A stretch of DNA of 64,000 nucleotides, from the NCBI RefSeq assembly GCF_004010195.1, contig NC_057719.1, positions 10,481,466 through 10,545,465 of the forward strand, given 5' to 3'. Both the position numbers and the translations under genes were made by a program. Below are positions 1-11,679 of this stretch, one piece after another (positions within the stretch are counted from its first letter, which is position 1; each line of letters starts with the position of its first letter). Source of the stretch: Chiloscyllium plagiosum (taxonomy: Eukaryota). The notes below the pieces were generated by a model. The model was not told the DNA's origin and did not search any database. It saw only the letters and a list, made by a program, of their open reading frames with translations.

Positions 1-268
1 CCTCAGACTCAGCACCGCCTTCTTGACCTGTAATCTTCTTCCCGACCTCTCCGCCCTCACCCCCTCTCCGGCCTATCACCCTCACCTTAACCTCCTTCCA
101 CCTATCATATTCCCAACGCCCCTCCCCCAATTCCCTCCTCCCTACCTTTTATCTTAGCCCGCTTGGCACATCCACCTAATTCCTGAAGGGCTTATGCCCA
201 AAACGTCGATTCTCCTGTTCCTTTGATGCTGCTTGGCCTGCTGCGCTTTTCCAGCAACACATTTTTAA
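1..268 (+). mobile_element. Penelope-like element (family 1) 3' terminal region with decayed hammerhead core
   Basis: Pyrimidine-rich tract, then TTCCTGAAGGGCTTATGCCCAAAACGTCGATTCTCCTG...TTTTCCAGCAACAC, the same tail seen at 10155, 38052, 44888, 45265, 61717 and 62425. Confidence 0.7.
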
Positions 269-540
269 ACCCCATATCCCTCCAAATCTTTCCTATTCAT
301 GTCTTTTAAATGTTGCAATTGTACCTGCATCCACCACTTCCTCTGGCAGTTCATTGCACACAGGCACCATTCTCTGTGTAAAAATGTTTCATGCCCTTCA
401 TGACCCCCTCATGTACTTTTGAAATCTTTCTCCTCTCACCTTAAAATTATGTCCATGAGTTCTGAACTTCCCCATCCTCGGGAAAAGACCCTTGTCATTC
501 ATCTTATCTATACCCCTCATGATTTTATAAAAAGATTCAC
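269..540 (-). mobile_element. CR1/HER1-type LINE 3' fragment
   Basis: Reverse complement matches the 3' end of the LINE copies at 4196-4530 and 42287-42730. Confidence 0.75.
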
Positions 541-1744
541 ACAATTGCTACCCTTCTCAAAAGAAAATATTTCTAATAAATTATTTCTAATAAAGAGTGG
601 AATCCAAAATTCCTTAACTTGACTTATCCTATCGACCTACTAAGAACACAAAACCATTAAAAATAGGAACAGGAAGCTTCAACACTGCTCCACACTTCAA
701 TAGGATCATGGCTGATCCGACATTCCTCACGTTCTCTTTAACCTGATACCCCGACTGATCAAGAGTCTATTATCTCAATCTTAAATGTCCACAAGTTCTC
801 TGGCCCCACAGGTCTCCGAGACAAGGAATTTCAAAGACTCAGAATCCTCAGAAGAAATTCCTCCTCATCTTAGTCTTAAATTGGTGCCCCTTAATTCTGA
901 GACCATGTCCTCTCACCATTTATGCAGCATTGTGACATATAACAGTTGATGTTCTAATGCTTTATTTTTCTGATTTCCAGTACTTGTTTTTCGACTTTCA
1001 TCTCGTTCACACCTCTCCACCTCATCCCATTTTACTGTAAATTCTGTGTTGCAATAACCTTGCATTCCAAGATGAACAATCAGGGAAGTAATCGACAGAC
1101 TTCATTATTTATGACTATACAAGACAATCACACTCGTAAGCCCCTCGAGAACATTAAGTATATAATCTACATCAGTCAGCTCCAGACAGAGACTGATCAA
1201 TCAATACTTCCTTGTTTCAAAAATAGAGGGTTGGGAAAAGCATGAATTCCAGTTTAAACATTACTCTGAAACTTCAATTCAAATGTAAAAGTAACATCTA
1301 ATTTAAAAGTTACCAGTAGCTTTATTACATATTCAAGATTTCCCAGTTTCATTCATCATTTCCTTCAGAAATTACTTGCATCTTTTTCTAAGGGAAGGCA
1401 CAGTCATTAATTATTAAAATTGTCCATTTATTGCTAGCCACATGAAGGGTTATTGGATGCATTTCAGATTTGAGAGAAGCAATAAAAAAATCATTTGGAA
1501 GTGCAGGGAGTGTATAGCTCAGAACCTGGCCAATTAGTTCAACAGGTTTACGCTCCACAGAAGACTCCTCCAGCTACAACTACAGCTAACACGAACAAGA
1601 AAAGTTGCCATGAATTCTTTTTCATCTCATGTTTACTAGCTTCCCCCAAAGTACAAACAGTGCATCCGTTCACTATTATATAGGACCCAATAAATTAGGT
1701 TTAAATACAAATATTACAAAATAACATGACAAGAGATTTTGTTC

Positions 1745-2090
1745 ACAGGATGACAGCATCACTGGCTATGTCAATATTTGTTGCCCATCCTCAATTGCTC
1801 AAAGTGCAGTTAAGAGTCAGCCATTTTGCTGCGGGTCTGGAATCAAATGTAGGCCAGACCAGGTAAGGATGGCAGTTTCTTTCCCAAAAGGGCAATAGTG
1901 AACGAGGTGGAATTTTCCCCCCTGACAACTGGCAATGATTCTGTGGTCATCATTAGACTCTTCATCACAGATATTTTTCTAAAATTGCAGACAAATTCCA
2001 CCATCAACCTTGGCAGGATTCAAACCCGGATCCTCAGGAATCTTACTGGGTCTTTGGATTAACTGTCCAGTGATAAGACCACTGCGCCAT
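1745..2090 (-). mobile_element. tRNA-derived SINE (SlmI/MetaSINE-like, tentative family)
   Basis: Reverse complement of the 37052-37390 family: CCTTACCTGGTCTGGCCTACA core and GGATGGGCAA tail. Confidence 0.7.
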
Positions 2091-2860
2091 TTACTGCTTT
2101 GGAAGCCATCCCCACTTCCACGAATCACATGACTAATCTTGCATTTTATTTAGTTAAATTAGTCCACTTAATTTTAACAGCAATATTTCTCTTCAGCTAT
2201 GGAGAAAATCCAAACAACATTACAAAGTGTCAAATAAAGCTTTAAATAAAAACAGCATTTTCTCCACAGAATAAAGCTGGGGAACTCCCTAATTTGTGTG
2301 GCTCAGCTGCTCACACTAAATCACAGGGTTGATCTTTGAGTGAAAAACTATCTATATTTAACAACAAAAAAAATCCCTCCAGAATTCACAAAAAAAAATC
2401 TCAATGATCCTAAATATGTCAAGAACAAAGATTTGGGATATATTTGTTTGCTTGGCACGTTAATGCATTTTTTCCTTCTCAAACTCGTAACAGCTATTGC
2501 ACTAACAACCGAACAACTTGGAACACGTGGTTAATACAGACGGGCAAGGGACTCACAGGTTCACAAGTTGGAACCCATCCTAAAGTTAAAATACTGGTGG
2601 GGCAGGAGGAGGACAAACACATGGTAGGATTGACCAAACCTGCTGTCCCGTGTATATGGAATCAAATACGATGCTGATTTTATATTCCATATTCAGCCCA
2701 CTGACTACAATAACTCAAGCAGGGTGTAAAACCAACATTTGACCAAGCTCCTCATCAGTTTTCAGATAGACTACATCATTCAGATTGCAGTGAAACTGAA
2801 AGCACACATTCTGATGGGTTCATCCGATTTATCGCAATCTGAATGGAATTGCATTTGAAC

Positions 2861-3184
2861 ATGGAAGCAGAAAAAGCATTAATAACACTGAGAAATTGTA
2901 TACGTGTTTTATGAGTGGCAAGGTTTCATCGTATGGAGTCACAAGTGTGGTCACACACAGAGAAGAAATTGTGGAACTGTGGGAAAGGATTCAAATATCT
3001 ATCCGCACTGGAAAAGCATCAGCACAGTCACAGTGGGGAGAAGCCATGGAAATGTACAGACTATGGGAAGCAATTCATTTACCCATCTGAACTGGAGATT
3101 CATTGGCACAGTGACAAGGAGAGAAACTGTTCACCTGCTCCCAAAATAGGAAGGCATTAGCTCACTTAAATAGTCTGCTGATTC

Positions 3185-3190
<6 letters not shown>
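2861..3190 (+). pseudogene. Degenerate C2H2 zinc-finger gene relic
   Basis: ORF 2915-3160 reads HTEKKLWNCGKGFKYLSALEKHQHSHSGEKPWKCTDYGKQFIYPSELEIHW, with HSGEKP linker; frameshifts and lost Cys/His ligands; ATG at 2861. Confidence 0.75.
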
Positions 3191-3217
<27 letters not shown>

Positions 3218-3242
3218 CACACACACACAGAGTGAGAGAGAG
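3184..3242. repeat. (AG)n(AC)n compound microsatellite
   Basis: Directly visible. Confidence 0.9.
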
Positions 3243-3928
3243 GTATCAGAATAGGAAAGATTGAGAGGGATATCGGCCAAATGCAGGCAAATGTAACTAG
3301 TTTAGTTTGAATAACCTGGTCAGCATGAACAAGTTGGACAAAAAGGTCTGTTTCTGTGCTATATGACTATGACTCTGGTTAGCATCCCTCCAACATGATC
3401 CAAATTAGATCATCTTCAATGACTCAGGACATAGATTTAAGGGTAAGGTAAGGGCCAGGAGATTTAGAAGGAATATTTTTCACCTAGAAGGTGGTGGAAC
3501 TCACTGCCTGTAAGGGGACAGTACCTTCATAACATTGAAGAAGTATTTACATGTCACTTGCGATGCCAAGCCATACAAGCTTTTTTTATTTACCCGTGGG
3601 GACATGGGCATCGTTGGCTGGTCAGCATTTATTGCCCGTTCCTAGATACCCTTGAGAAAGTGGTGGTGAGCTGCCTTCTTAAACCATAGTCCATGCCCTT
3701 AGGGAGGGAAATTCCAGGATTTTAACCTAATGACAATGAAGGAATGGTGATATATTTCCTAGTCAGACGGTCAATGACTTGGAGGGGAACTTGCAGGTGG
3801 TGGTCTTCCAATGGTTCATCCACTGCCCTTGTCCTTCCAGATGCAAGTGGTCATTGTTTTGGAAGGTGTGTCTAAGAACCTTTGTTGAATTTCTGCAGTG
3901 CATCTTGTAGGTACTGCTGCTCATGCGA

Positions 3929-4530
3929 AGAGGGTTACCTCAGATTACAACAGGATCTTGACCAGATGGGCCAATGAGCTGAGAAGTGGCAGATGGAGTT
4001 TAATTCAGATAAATGAGAGATGCTGCACTTTGGGAACTCAAATCTTAGCAGGACTTATACACTTAATAGTAAGGTCCTAGGGAGTGTTGCTGAACAAAGA
4101 GATCTTGGCTATAGGGAGAGGCTTAACAGGCTGGGACTGTTTTTCCTCGGAGGCTGAGGGGTGACTTCATAGAGGTTTACAAAATTACGAGGGGAATGGA
4201 TAGGATAAATAGACAAAGTCTTTTCCCTGGGGTTGGGGAGTCCAGAACTAGAGGGCATAGGTTTAGGGTGAGAGGGGCAAGATTTAAAAGAGACCTAAAG
4301 GGTAACTTTTTCACGCAGAGGGTGGTACGTGTATGGAATGAGCTGCCAGAGGAAATGGTGGAGGCTGGCATAATTGCAACATTTAAGAGGCATTTGGATG
4401 GGTGTATGAATAGGAAGGGTTTGGAGGGATAAGGGCCGGGTGCTGGCAGGTGGGACTAAATTGGGTTGGGATATCTGGTCAGTATGGACGGGTGGGACCG
4501 ATGCTGTACATCTCTATGACTATGACTACA
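3929..4530 (+). mobile_element. HER1-type CR1 LINE 3' fragment with internal deletion
   Basis: ESRTRGHRFRVRG...FFTQRVVRVWNELP C-terminus and (CTATGA)n tail. Confidence 0.9.
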
Positions 4531-4574
4531 GGTGCAGGGAATGGATGCCAGTTGAGTAGGCTGCTTTCCCCTGG

Positions 4575-4690
4575 ACTGCAGATGCTGGAGATCAGAGTCT
4601 AGATTAGAGTGGTGCTGGAAAACCACAGCAGACCAGGCAGCATCCGAGAAGCAGGAAAATCGATGTTTTGGGCAAAAGCCCTTCATCGTC
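4575..4690 (-). mobile_element. PLE family-1 mini-element (decayed hammerhead plus tail)
   Basis: Same ~120 nt unit as 10155-10280. Confidence 0.75.
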
Positions 4691-4997
4691 AATCATTCCT
4701 GGATGGCGACAAGCTTTTTAAGTGTTGTTGGAGCTGCACCCATCCAGGCAAGTAGGGAGTTTTCTGTCACACTCCCAACTTGTGCTTTGTACACGCTAGA
4801 CAGACTTTGCAGAGTCAGGAGGGGAGTTACTCACAGCCGTATTCCTAGAGTCTGACTTGCTGTTGTAGCCAGTGTGTTTATGTGGTGTGTCCAGTTGAAT
4901 TTCTGATCCCCAGGATATAGCAAGGGATTCAATGACATCATTGAATGTCAAGGGATGGTAGTTAGATTGTCTCTAATTGGCGATGGTCGTGGCAAGT

Positions 4998-5835
4998 TTT
5001 AAGAAGATTTGTAGTTCAGGTTGAGATTCTGGGTGGAAGTTTGCTCGCTGAGCTGGAAGGTTCATTTTCAGATGTTTCATCACCATACTAGGTAACATCA
5101 TCAGTGAGCCTCCGGTGAAGTACTGGTGTTATGTCCTGTTTTCTATTTATATGTTTAGGTTTCTTTTGGTTGGTGATATCATTTCCTGGTCTCTTTCTCG
5201 GAGGGTAATAGATGGGGTCGAAATCAATGTGTTTGTTGATAGAGTTCTGGTTAGAATGCCTTGCTTCTAGGAATTCTCATGCATGTCTCGGTTTGGCTTG
5301 TCCTAGGATGGAAATATTTGTGTCAGTCAAAATGGTGCCCTTCCTCATCTGTATGTATGAGTGGGTCATGTCTTTTTGTAGCTAGTTGATGTCCATGTAT
5401 CCTGGTGGCTAGCTTTCTGCCTGTTTGTCCAATGTATTGTTTGCTTCAGTTTTCGCAAGGTATTTTGTAGTTGATGTTTGTTTTGTCTGTTGTCTGTATA
5501 GGGTTCATTAGCTGCTGTTTTAGTGTGTTGGTGGGTTTGTGGTCTACCATGATGCCAAGAGGTCTGAGTAGTTTGACAGTCATTTCAGAGATAACTTTGA
5601 GGTAGGGGAGAGTGTTTAGGGTTTCTGGGTGGGTTTTGACTGCTTCTTTGGGTTTGTTGCTGAGAAATTGGCAGGTTGTATTCATTGGGTACCCGTTCTT
5701 TTTGAATACACCATATAGGTGGTTTTCCTCTGCTCTTCGTAGTGCCTCTGTGCAGCAGTGTGTGGTGGCTCATTGGAATGCAGCTTTGTTTATGGGTGTT
5801 GGGATGATTACTTCTATAGTTCAGTATTTGGTCCA
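4998..5835 (-). mobile_element. Penelope-like element (family 2) 3' part: RT thumb, GIY-YIG endonuclease and hammerhead-bearing terminus
   Basis: Minus-strand frames give DQILNYRSNHP, TLPYLKVISE and INYKIPCEN..YIGQTGRKLATRI (GIY-YIG motif); hammerhead core at 5068-5107. Confidence 0.85.
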
Positions 5836-6742
5836 TGGTCTGACATTTGCGTGGCGAAAATATAACTTGCCACTTGTCAGCTCAAGCCTGGATATTGTCC
5901 AGATCTTGTTTTACTTGAAAATGAACTGTTTCACTATCTGAGAAGTTACGAATGGTGATGTACATTGTGCAATCACCGGCATTCATCCTCACTTCTGACC
6001 TTATGAACGAGGGAAGGTCATTGATGAAGCAGCTGAAGGTGGTTGGGCCTAGGACTCCACCCTGAGGAACTCCTGCAGAGATGTCCTGGAGCTGAAATGA
6101 CTGACCTCCAACAATCACAACCATATTCCCATGTGCCAGGTATGACTCCAACCAGTGAAGAGTTTGTCTCCAGATACATATTGATTTCAGTTTTGCTCGT
6201 ACTCCTTGCTGCCACACTCTGTCAAACACGGCCTTGATATCAAGGGTTGTCACTGTCACCTCACCTTAAGGGCAAATGCTGGAAAATTGGATTAGAATAG
6301 TTGGATTATTGTTGATTGGGACTGACTTAGATGGGCCTTTTCCTATACTGCAGGTGTCGATGACTGTAATTCTCCATCTGTCTTGGAGCGGTTTTCGGCC
6401 CAATGCCCACTTACTTGGCGGTCTGGCCAAAGGATCTGCAAGGTTCTAGTAAAACAAGTTCACTCAAGTTGGGAGGAAGAAGACAACTTAGCCAGGATTA
6501 TAAGGCATGGATGAAAGTGGCTGAGGAAGTCAGTAGTAGGAGTGCAATTCCGGTCCCCATAAAACCCCTAAGCTGGAAACAAAGACAGAATTTAGCATCC
6601 TGTCAGTGAGCAGTAAATTGATAACCATGAGACAGGTATGGTCATCTACTTTTGATGGGAGGATGTGGTTCAGGAGGCTGCAGATGATAACAGTTAAAAA
6701 TCCCACAACACCAGGTTATAGTACAACAGGTTTATTTGGAAG

Positions 6743-6777
6743 TACTAGCTTTCGGAGCATCGCTCCTTCATCAGGTG
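6743..6777 (-). ncRNA. Minimal hammerhead ribozyme motif
   Basis: CAC CUGAUGA A GGAGC-GAU-GCUCC GAA AGCU A GU: intact core, perfect 5-bp stem II, palindromic helix III. Confidence 0.75.
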
Positions 6778-6792
6778 ATTCATCAGGACAAC

Positions 6793-6827
6793 CACCTGAT
6801 GAAGAAGCAGCGCTCCGAAAGTTAGTG
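6793..6827 (+). ncRNA. Minimal hammerhead ribozyme motif (one stem II mismatch)
   Basis: CAC CUGAUGA A GAAGC-AGC-GCUCC GAA AGUU A GUG; helix I CAC/GUG. Confidence 0.65.
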
Positions 6828-7299
6828 CTTCCAAATAAACCTGTTGGACTATAACCTGGTGTTGTGGGATTTTTAACTTTGTCCACCCCAGTCCAACACC
6901 TGCACCTCCAAATGATGACAACAGTGATCTGCTTTAATATCTTGAGCTTCCTGATATATCAGTGTTCAGACATGTCAAGATGGCAGATTCTCCATTAGTA
7001 AGACATTGAGGAGCTGAACAGTCATTTGTTTGTATGTTTCCTTCAATTCTGTTCCAAGGAAAACTAGAAAAGGGCAAGATTTGATTCGGACTCAGACCTG
7101 ACATGAATTTCAGACACTGTCCACCATCGTGCTCCCAAATCTGTCTCCACTGGATTTGGAAAATGCTACCCATTGTGTGTTAAATACTTAAAAACTGTAA
7201 CTTGTAATTTTGGCTTTCAGAAGTATTTGTATCCAATTAAGCAATTACACATAAAAATGGCACTGCATTTTCTTTTAGGGAGTGTAACTATCTCTGGTG

Positions 7300-7705
7300 A
7301 AGCTTTTGAATTACAAAATGCTTTCCTGGCAGCAGGAGACTCTTCCCAAAAGCCTTGCAATCAATGTTTTTGAAATGGGGTGCTATTATTGTGGAACCAA
7401 ATTACGGTAGGCCACAGCACACAAATGTAAGGAAGCCAAATAATCTGTTTTACTGGTTTGGCGGTGGGCAGAACATTAAGTCAGAATGCTGGGAAAAATC
7501 TCCCACTCTTTTTTTGAACAGTACCTCGGAGATCTTCAAAATCTAAGAGCTTTGCAGTAGGTTCTGCCTCTCACCTTAAGGATGATGCTTCCAATAAAGG
7601 GGGGAGCTCCATTATTCTGCAGTGGTATGTTAGCCAAGATTATAAGTTACGGAGGCACAGTGTAAACCCTTGTGACACAAAATACTATTAACCAAGCGAA
7701 GCCAA
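7300..7705 (-). mobile_element. Highly decayed DeuSINE-like element
   Basis: Resembles the Deu domain in reverse (ATAATCTGTTTT...CTCCCACTCTT...GATCTT...); related pieces at 44560-44780 and 45227-45262. Confidence 0.5.
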
Positions 7706-9419
7706 CCTCAGTTTTGCAATTTATATTATTGTAAAACAAAAATTGCTCAATTATTCCAGTGTCGTTTCTACAGCAACTAATTCCAATTTCCAACAAATGC
7801 ATATGTTTATGTTTCTCGCACAGTTAGCTTTCAGCAATAATTTACCAAACAAAAGTTCTTGAAAGTCCATATGGATTTACAACTGCAAATGCTTGACTCA
7901 CATATCGAAGACGAGAACAAGCAAATCAAGTAACCGCAACTTTATCCAACAATAGCAAGTCCATTACTGCCGACAGGGGCTGTGGTCAGCGCTGTACATT
8001 TCTTGGTATAAACCATCTCTTGCAGTGGAAGTGCCATTTTAACAAAATACATGAGCTTCTTTTAAACAGGCAGTCACAACCAGTAATTGATGAGTGCAAT
8101 AAATCTGAAAGACTTGTGATATGTTGGTCTTTTATGTTCTTTTGTCACATTTAAATAGTCAACTGCTATTAGCCTTTTGGAGGTGGGGGCTGGGATACAG
8201 TGGGAAGGGAAGTTGTTTAATGCAGAGGTCACTGAGTTGGGGGTGGGGGAGAGGTTTTGAGTTGCACATACCTAATTCAGATGGTGCAATTATTGAAGCA
8301 GCTAAGTTAATTAATGCATCTATTGATCTGTTACTGTTTCTGATGCAGCTACATTATGCTGTCAGATCCAGTAAACAATTCCAAGTTCATTTTGTACTCC
8401 CTCTCCTCCTCAGCTCTCACTATGAAAGCAAAGTAATGGGCCACACAATGGACAACTTGACCAACATAGATTCTATGGATGTTAATGCATTAACTGTCGC
8501 CCACACTACTGGAGCCTTTATCTCAAATTATCTCTGGGGTGGTGTTTGGAGTGTCAATCAGGGATAAACATTCCACAGGCCAGAATCTGCAAAGGTTCTT
8601 CTAGTCAGATCTGATATGCACTGGAGGAGGTCACCTGCCATTTCCAGTTGCAATGAGTATGCAGACCTAAAAGATCGGAGGCACTCAGAACTACAATAAA
8701 AATGGATGAAATTTAAAATATTCAAAATTTTAGATAATTAAAAATGGTGATTTGACTAAAATAATGCAATCTGCAGCTCATAAACCACAATTTGCATTTA
8801 TATAGCATCTTTAGTGCAGGAAAATATCCCAGTATTCTTCATAAGAGGATTATCAAACAAAACTTAAGAACTAAAGATTGCATGAGTGGACCACACAGCC
8901 TGTCTAACCTGCTCCATTATTTAATACAACCATAGCTCCTTTCCCACCTGCTTCCTATATCCCTTAATTCTCAGCGGTCCAAAATCCAGCAATCTCAGTC
9001 TTGGGTGCATTCAATGATGGAGAATCTACAATTCCTTCCTGCTAGAAAGGTTAATGAAATAAACTTTAATGCAAGAGGATTTAAGTATGAGTAGTAAAGC
9101 TTTTCTTCAATTGTCTATGAACTTGGTTAGACTGTACTTGGAGCATTGTGCACAGGTTTAGCCTCTTCGTCCATAGAGAGGCAACAATAAAAGGTTCGCC
9201 AGATTTGTTCCTGGGATGGAGGGACTGTCCTATGAAGAGTAATTGGACAAACTGGACCTGTAAGGTCCAGAATTTTGAAGAATGAAATCTACGTAAAGAG
9301 ACAGACAGGGTATATGTAGATAAGATGTCTTCCCTGACTGGGAAGAGAAGAACCAGTGACCACAATTTAAAATTAAGTCACTCAGGACCGACAAGAATTT
9401 ATAATTACTCAAGAGGTTT

Positions 9420-10070
9420 GAGAGTCATAGCGCCACACAGCACAGAAACAGGCCCTTCGACCCATCATGTCAAATGTTGACAAACAATCACCAAACTACA
9501 ATAATCCCATTTACCTGCACTTGGTCCATAGCATACTCTGCCCTGGAATTTTAAGTAGTCATCCAGATGCATCTTGAATCATGCTAGAGTACTTGCCTCC
9601 ACTACCTTCTCAGGCAATATGTTCTGTATGTCTCCCACCCTCCGGGCAAAAAACATTTTCCTCAGATCTCCCCTCAACCACTTGCTCCTCCACTTAAATC
9701 TACGCCCTCTGGTATTACATACATCAGCCATTGGGACAGGATTCTCATGATCTACCCTATGCCTTTCATAATTGTGTATTCCTGAATCAATTCCACCCTC
9801 CCCAACACCCCTCACCCTCTCCTCCCCCTCCCCAGCTTCCTCTGCTCCAAGGAAAATAAACCCAGCCTTGTCCAGTCTCTTCTCATAACTGAGATTTTCC
9901 ATCCCAGGCAACATCCCGGTGAATCTCCTCTGCACCGTGGCCAAAGCAATCATGTCCTTCCAATAGTGTGGTGACCATAACTGCACACAGTATTCCATCT
10001 GTGGCCCAAACTATCTACAGTACACCCCAGCTAATGAAGGCAAGCATCCTTCTTCATCACTCTGTCTATC
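9420..10070 (-). mobile_element. CR1 LINE 3' fragment
   Basis: ORF 9579-9998 MEYCVQLWSPHY...VQRRFTGMLPG...LPEKVVEA. Confidence 0.85.
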
Positions 10071-10154
10071 TGCAAATATTTTGAACTCTGTTCTCCAGAG
10101 GATGATGGAAGCTCAGTCTCACAATACGTTTATAGTAGAGGTTGATGGATTTCT

Positions 10155-10280
10155 AGGAGACAGTGAGATCTGCAGATGCTGGAGATCAGAGTTGAGAATG
10201 TGTTGCTGGAAAAGGACAGCAGTTCAGGCAGCATCTGAGGAGCAAGAGATTCGACGTTTCGGGCTGGAGGCCTTCATCAG
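10155..10280 (-). mobile_element. PLE family-1 mini-element starting at a hammerhead core
   Basis: 11-bp TSD GATGGATTTCT (10144-10154 / 10281-10291); 5' end reads CUGAUGA A GGCC-UCCA-GCCC GAAACGUC. Confidence 0.85.
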
Positions 10281-11059
10281 GATGGATTTCTGATTACCAA
10301 TGGTGTAAAGGACCATGGGGATCATCTGAGTAAAGGCATCAAAATGTTTGATCAGCCATGATTGCATTAAATCAATGGGCTGAGTGGCCTATTGCTGTTC
10401 CACTATTCATGTGGGGCATAAAATTTCAAATATTCAAAATCATCTGAAGAAAGAAATGTCTCCTTCTCTCAGTCCTAAATGATCAACTCCTTTTTACAGA
10501 AGCTGCACCCCATGTTGTAGGTTACACAGCTGGGGAACATCACTCAGTGTCTAACCAGTCAGGCCTCTTCAAAATCTCGTATGTTTATATGTGATAACTT
10601 CTCATTCTTTCAACTTTAGTCAGTGTAGCTCCAATTTACTCACCCTTTTATCATAGGACAACTCAACCCAAGAGCCAATCAAATGAACCTTTACTCCATC
10701 CAAGTAGATTCTTCATTGAAAAGGTTGCTATATTTTGGTGAAGAGGAAGGCAGATGTTAATCATGCTGCGAGTTCAGGAATCAGCTGACTTAAAGAAAAG
10801 CCAATCCCGCATCCAGATAATGCCATGGGTTAACCAGGATGACAGGGGAATTCCCACCCACAGTGGGAGAAAGACCAACCCTCAAAAGCTGCAAACAATC
10901 TGAGTGGGCAGCAGCTCTACCAGTCTCAGCAGCTCCAGAACTGAGTAGTGGGCACTGCTGGAACTGCAGGCAAACCCCCACAGGTCTTCCATGGATCCCA
11001 GAACTCAAAACACCTCTTGCTGTTCGGGAATAGACAAAGTCAGATGTCACATGACACCA

Positions 11060-11160
11060 CGGCAAAGGAGCAGCACTCTGAAAGCTTGTGATTTCAAATA
11101 AATCTGTTGGACTATAACCTGGCATCTTGTGACTTCTGACTTTGTGCAGCCCAGTCCAAC
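11060..11160 (+). mobile_element. PLE family-3 tail fragment
   Basis: Matches 6803-6900 (CTGTTGGACTATAACCTGG...CCCAGTCCAAC). Confidence 0.7.
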
Positions 11161-11679
11161 TTTAAGGGATAGAGGAATAAGGCATCCTGGAGGGAGAAGG
11201 CACAGGTATGGGTGGCCAAGCAGGAATGTTGGAGGGATGGGATGAAGGCAGGTGGAGATAATTAACATCTTGGAGGATGGGGAGGTGTTGCCTCCATTGT
11301 TCAGAAAATGCTCTGTCCCTTTCTTTCCAACTTTCCTCAAAAGCATGCTCCCTACTCCCACACCATTTTAGAGGCATTTTCTCAACCTGCTCAAAGATGT
11401 TATGGCAACTGTCTGGGCTTGAACTCAGGCTTCCTGATACAAAGGCAGAGACACTAACACTTTGCACCCCACAGCACCCAACCATTTTATGATGTGGGGA
11501 GTGTGAGATGGGGTCAATTGACTTGGTAACAAGTTTAATTGACCATTATCCATTCACTTATGTATTAGGAGGGGAAACTTTGTGGGTGGGCTTGCCACCT
11601 CTCTTATTTACATCTACCCCCCTTCCATAGCCCATGGCTGACAACATGCGCAACAGAGGGCAGCCATCAAATTCAGCCC

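Larger units (their letters stand above)
3585..6265 (-). mobile_element. CR1/L2-group LINE 3' part, interrupted by three younger insertions
   Basis: ORF 5882-6259 has RT motifs LDIKAVFDRVW and GVPQGGVLGP...FINDL; segments 3585-3927, 4530-4575 and 4695-4990 are collinear with the + strand copy at 29300-29915. Confidence 0.8.
6695..6913. mobile_element. Foldback PLE-derived mini-element (family 3) with two opposed hammerheads
   Basis: ~85-bp near-perfect inverted arms (6693-6777 / 6793-6877); flanked by GATGAYAACAGT direct repeats at 6683-6694 and 6914-6925. Confidence 0.8.
9045..10410 (+). mobile_element. Old CR1 LINE 3' fragment split by insertions
   Basis: Degenerate CR1 C-terminal sequence at 9045-9415 resumes at ~10080-10410. 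Confidence 0.6.

Noticed and set aside
8121..8567. 148-aa ORF
   Set aside because: No recognisable motif or exon structure.
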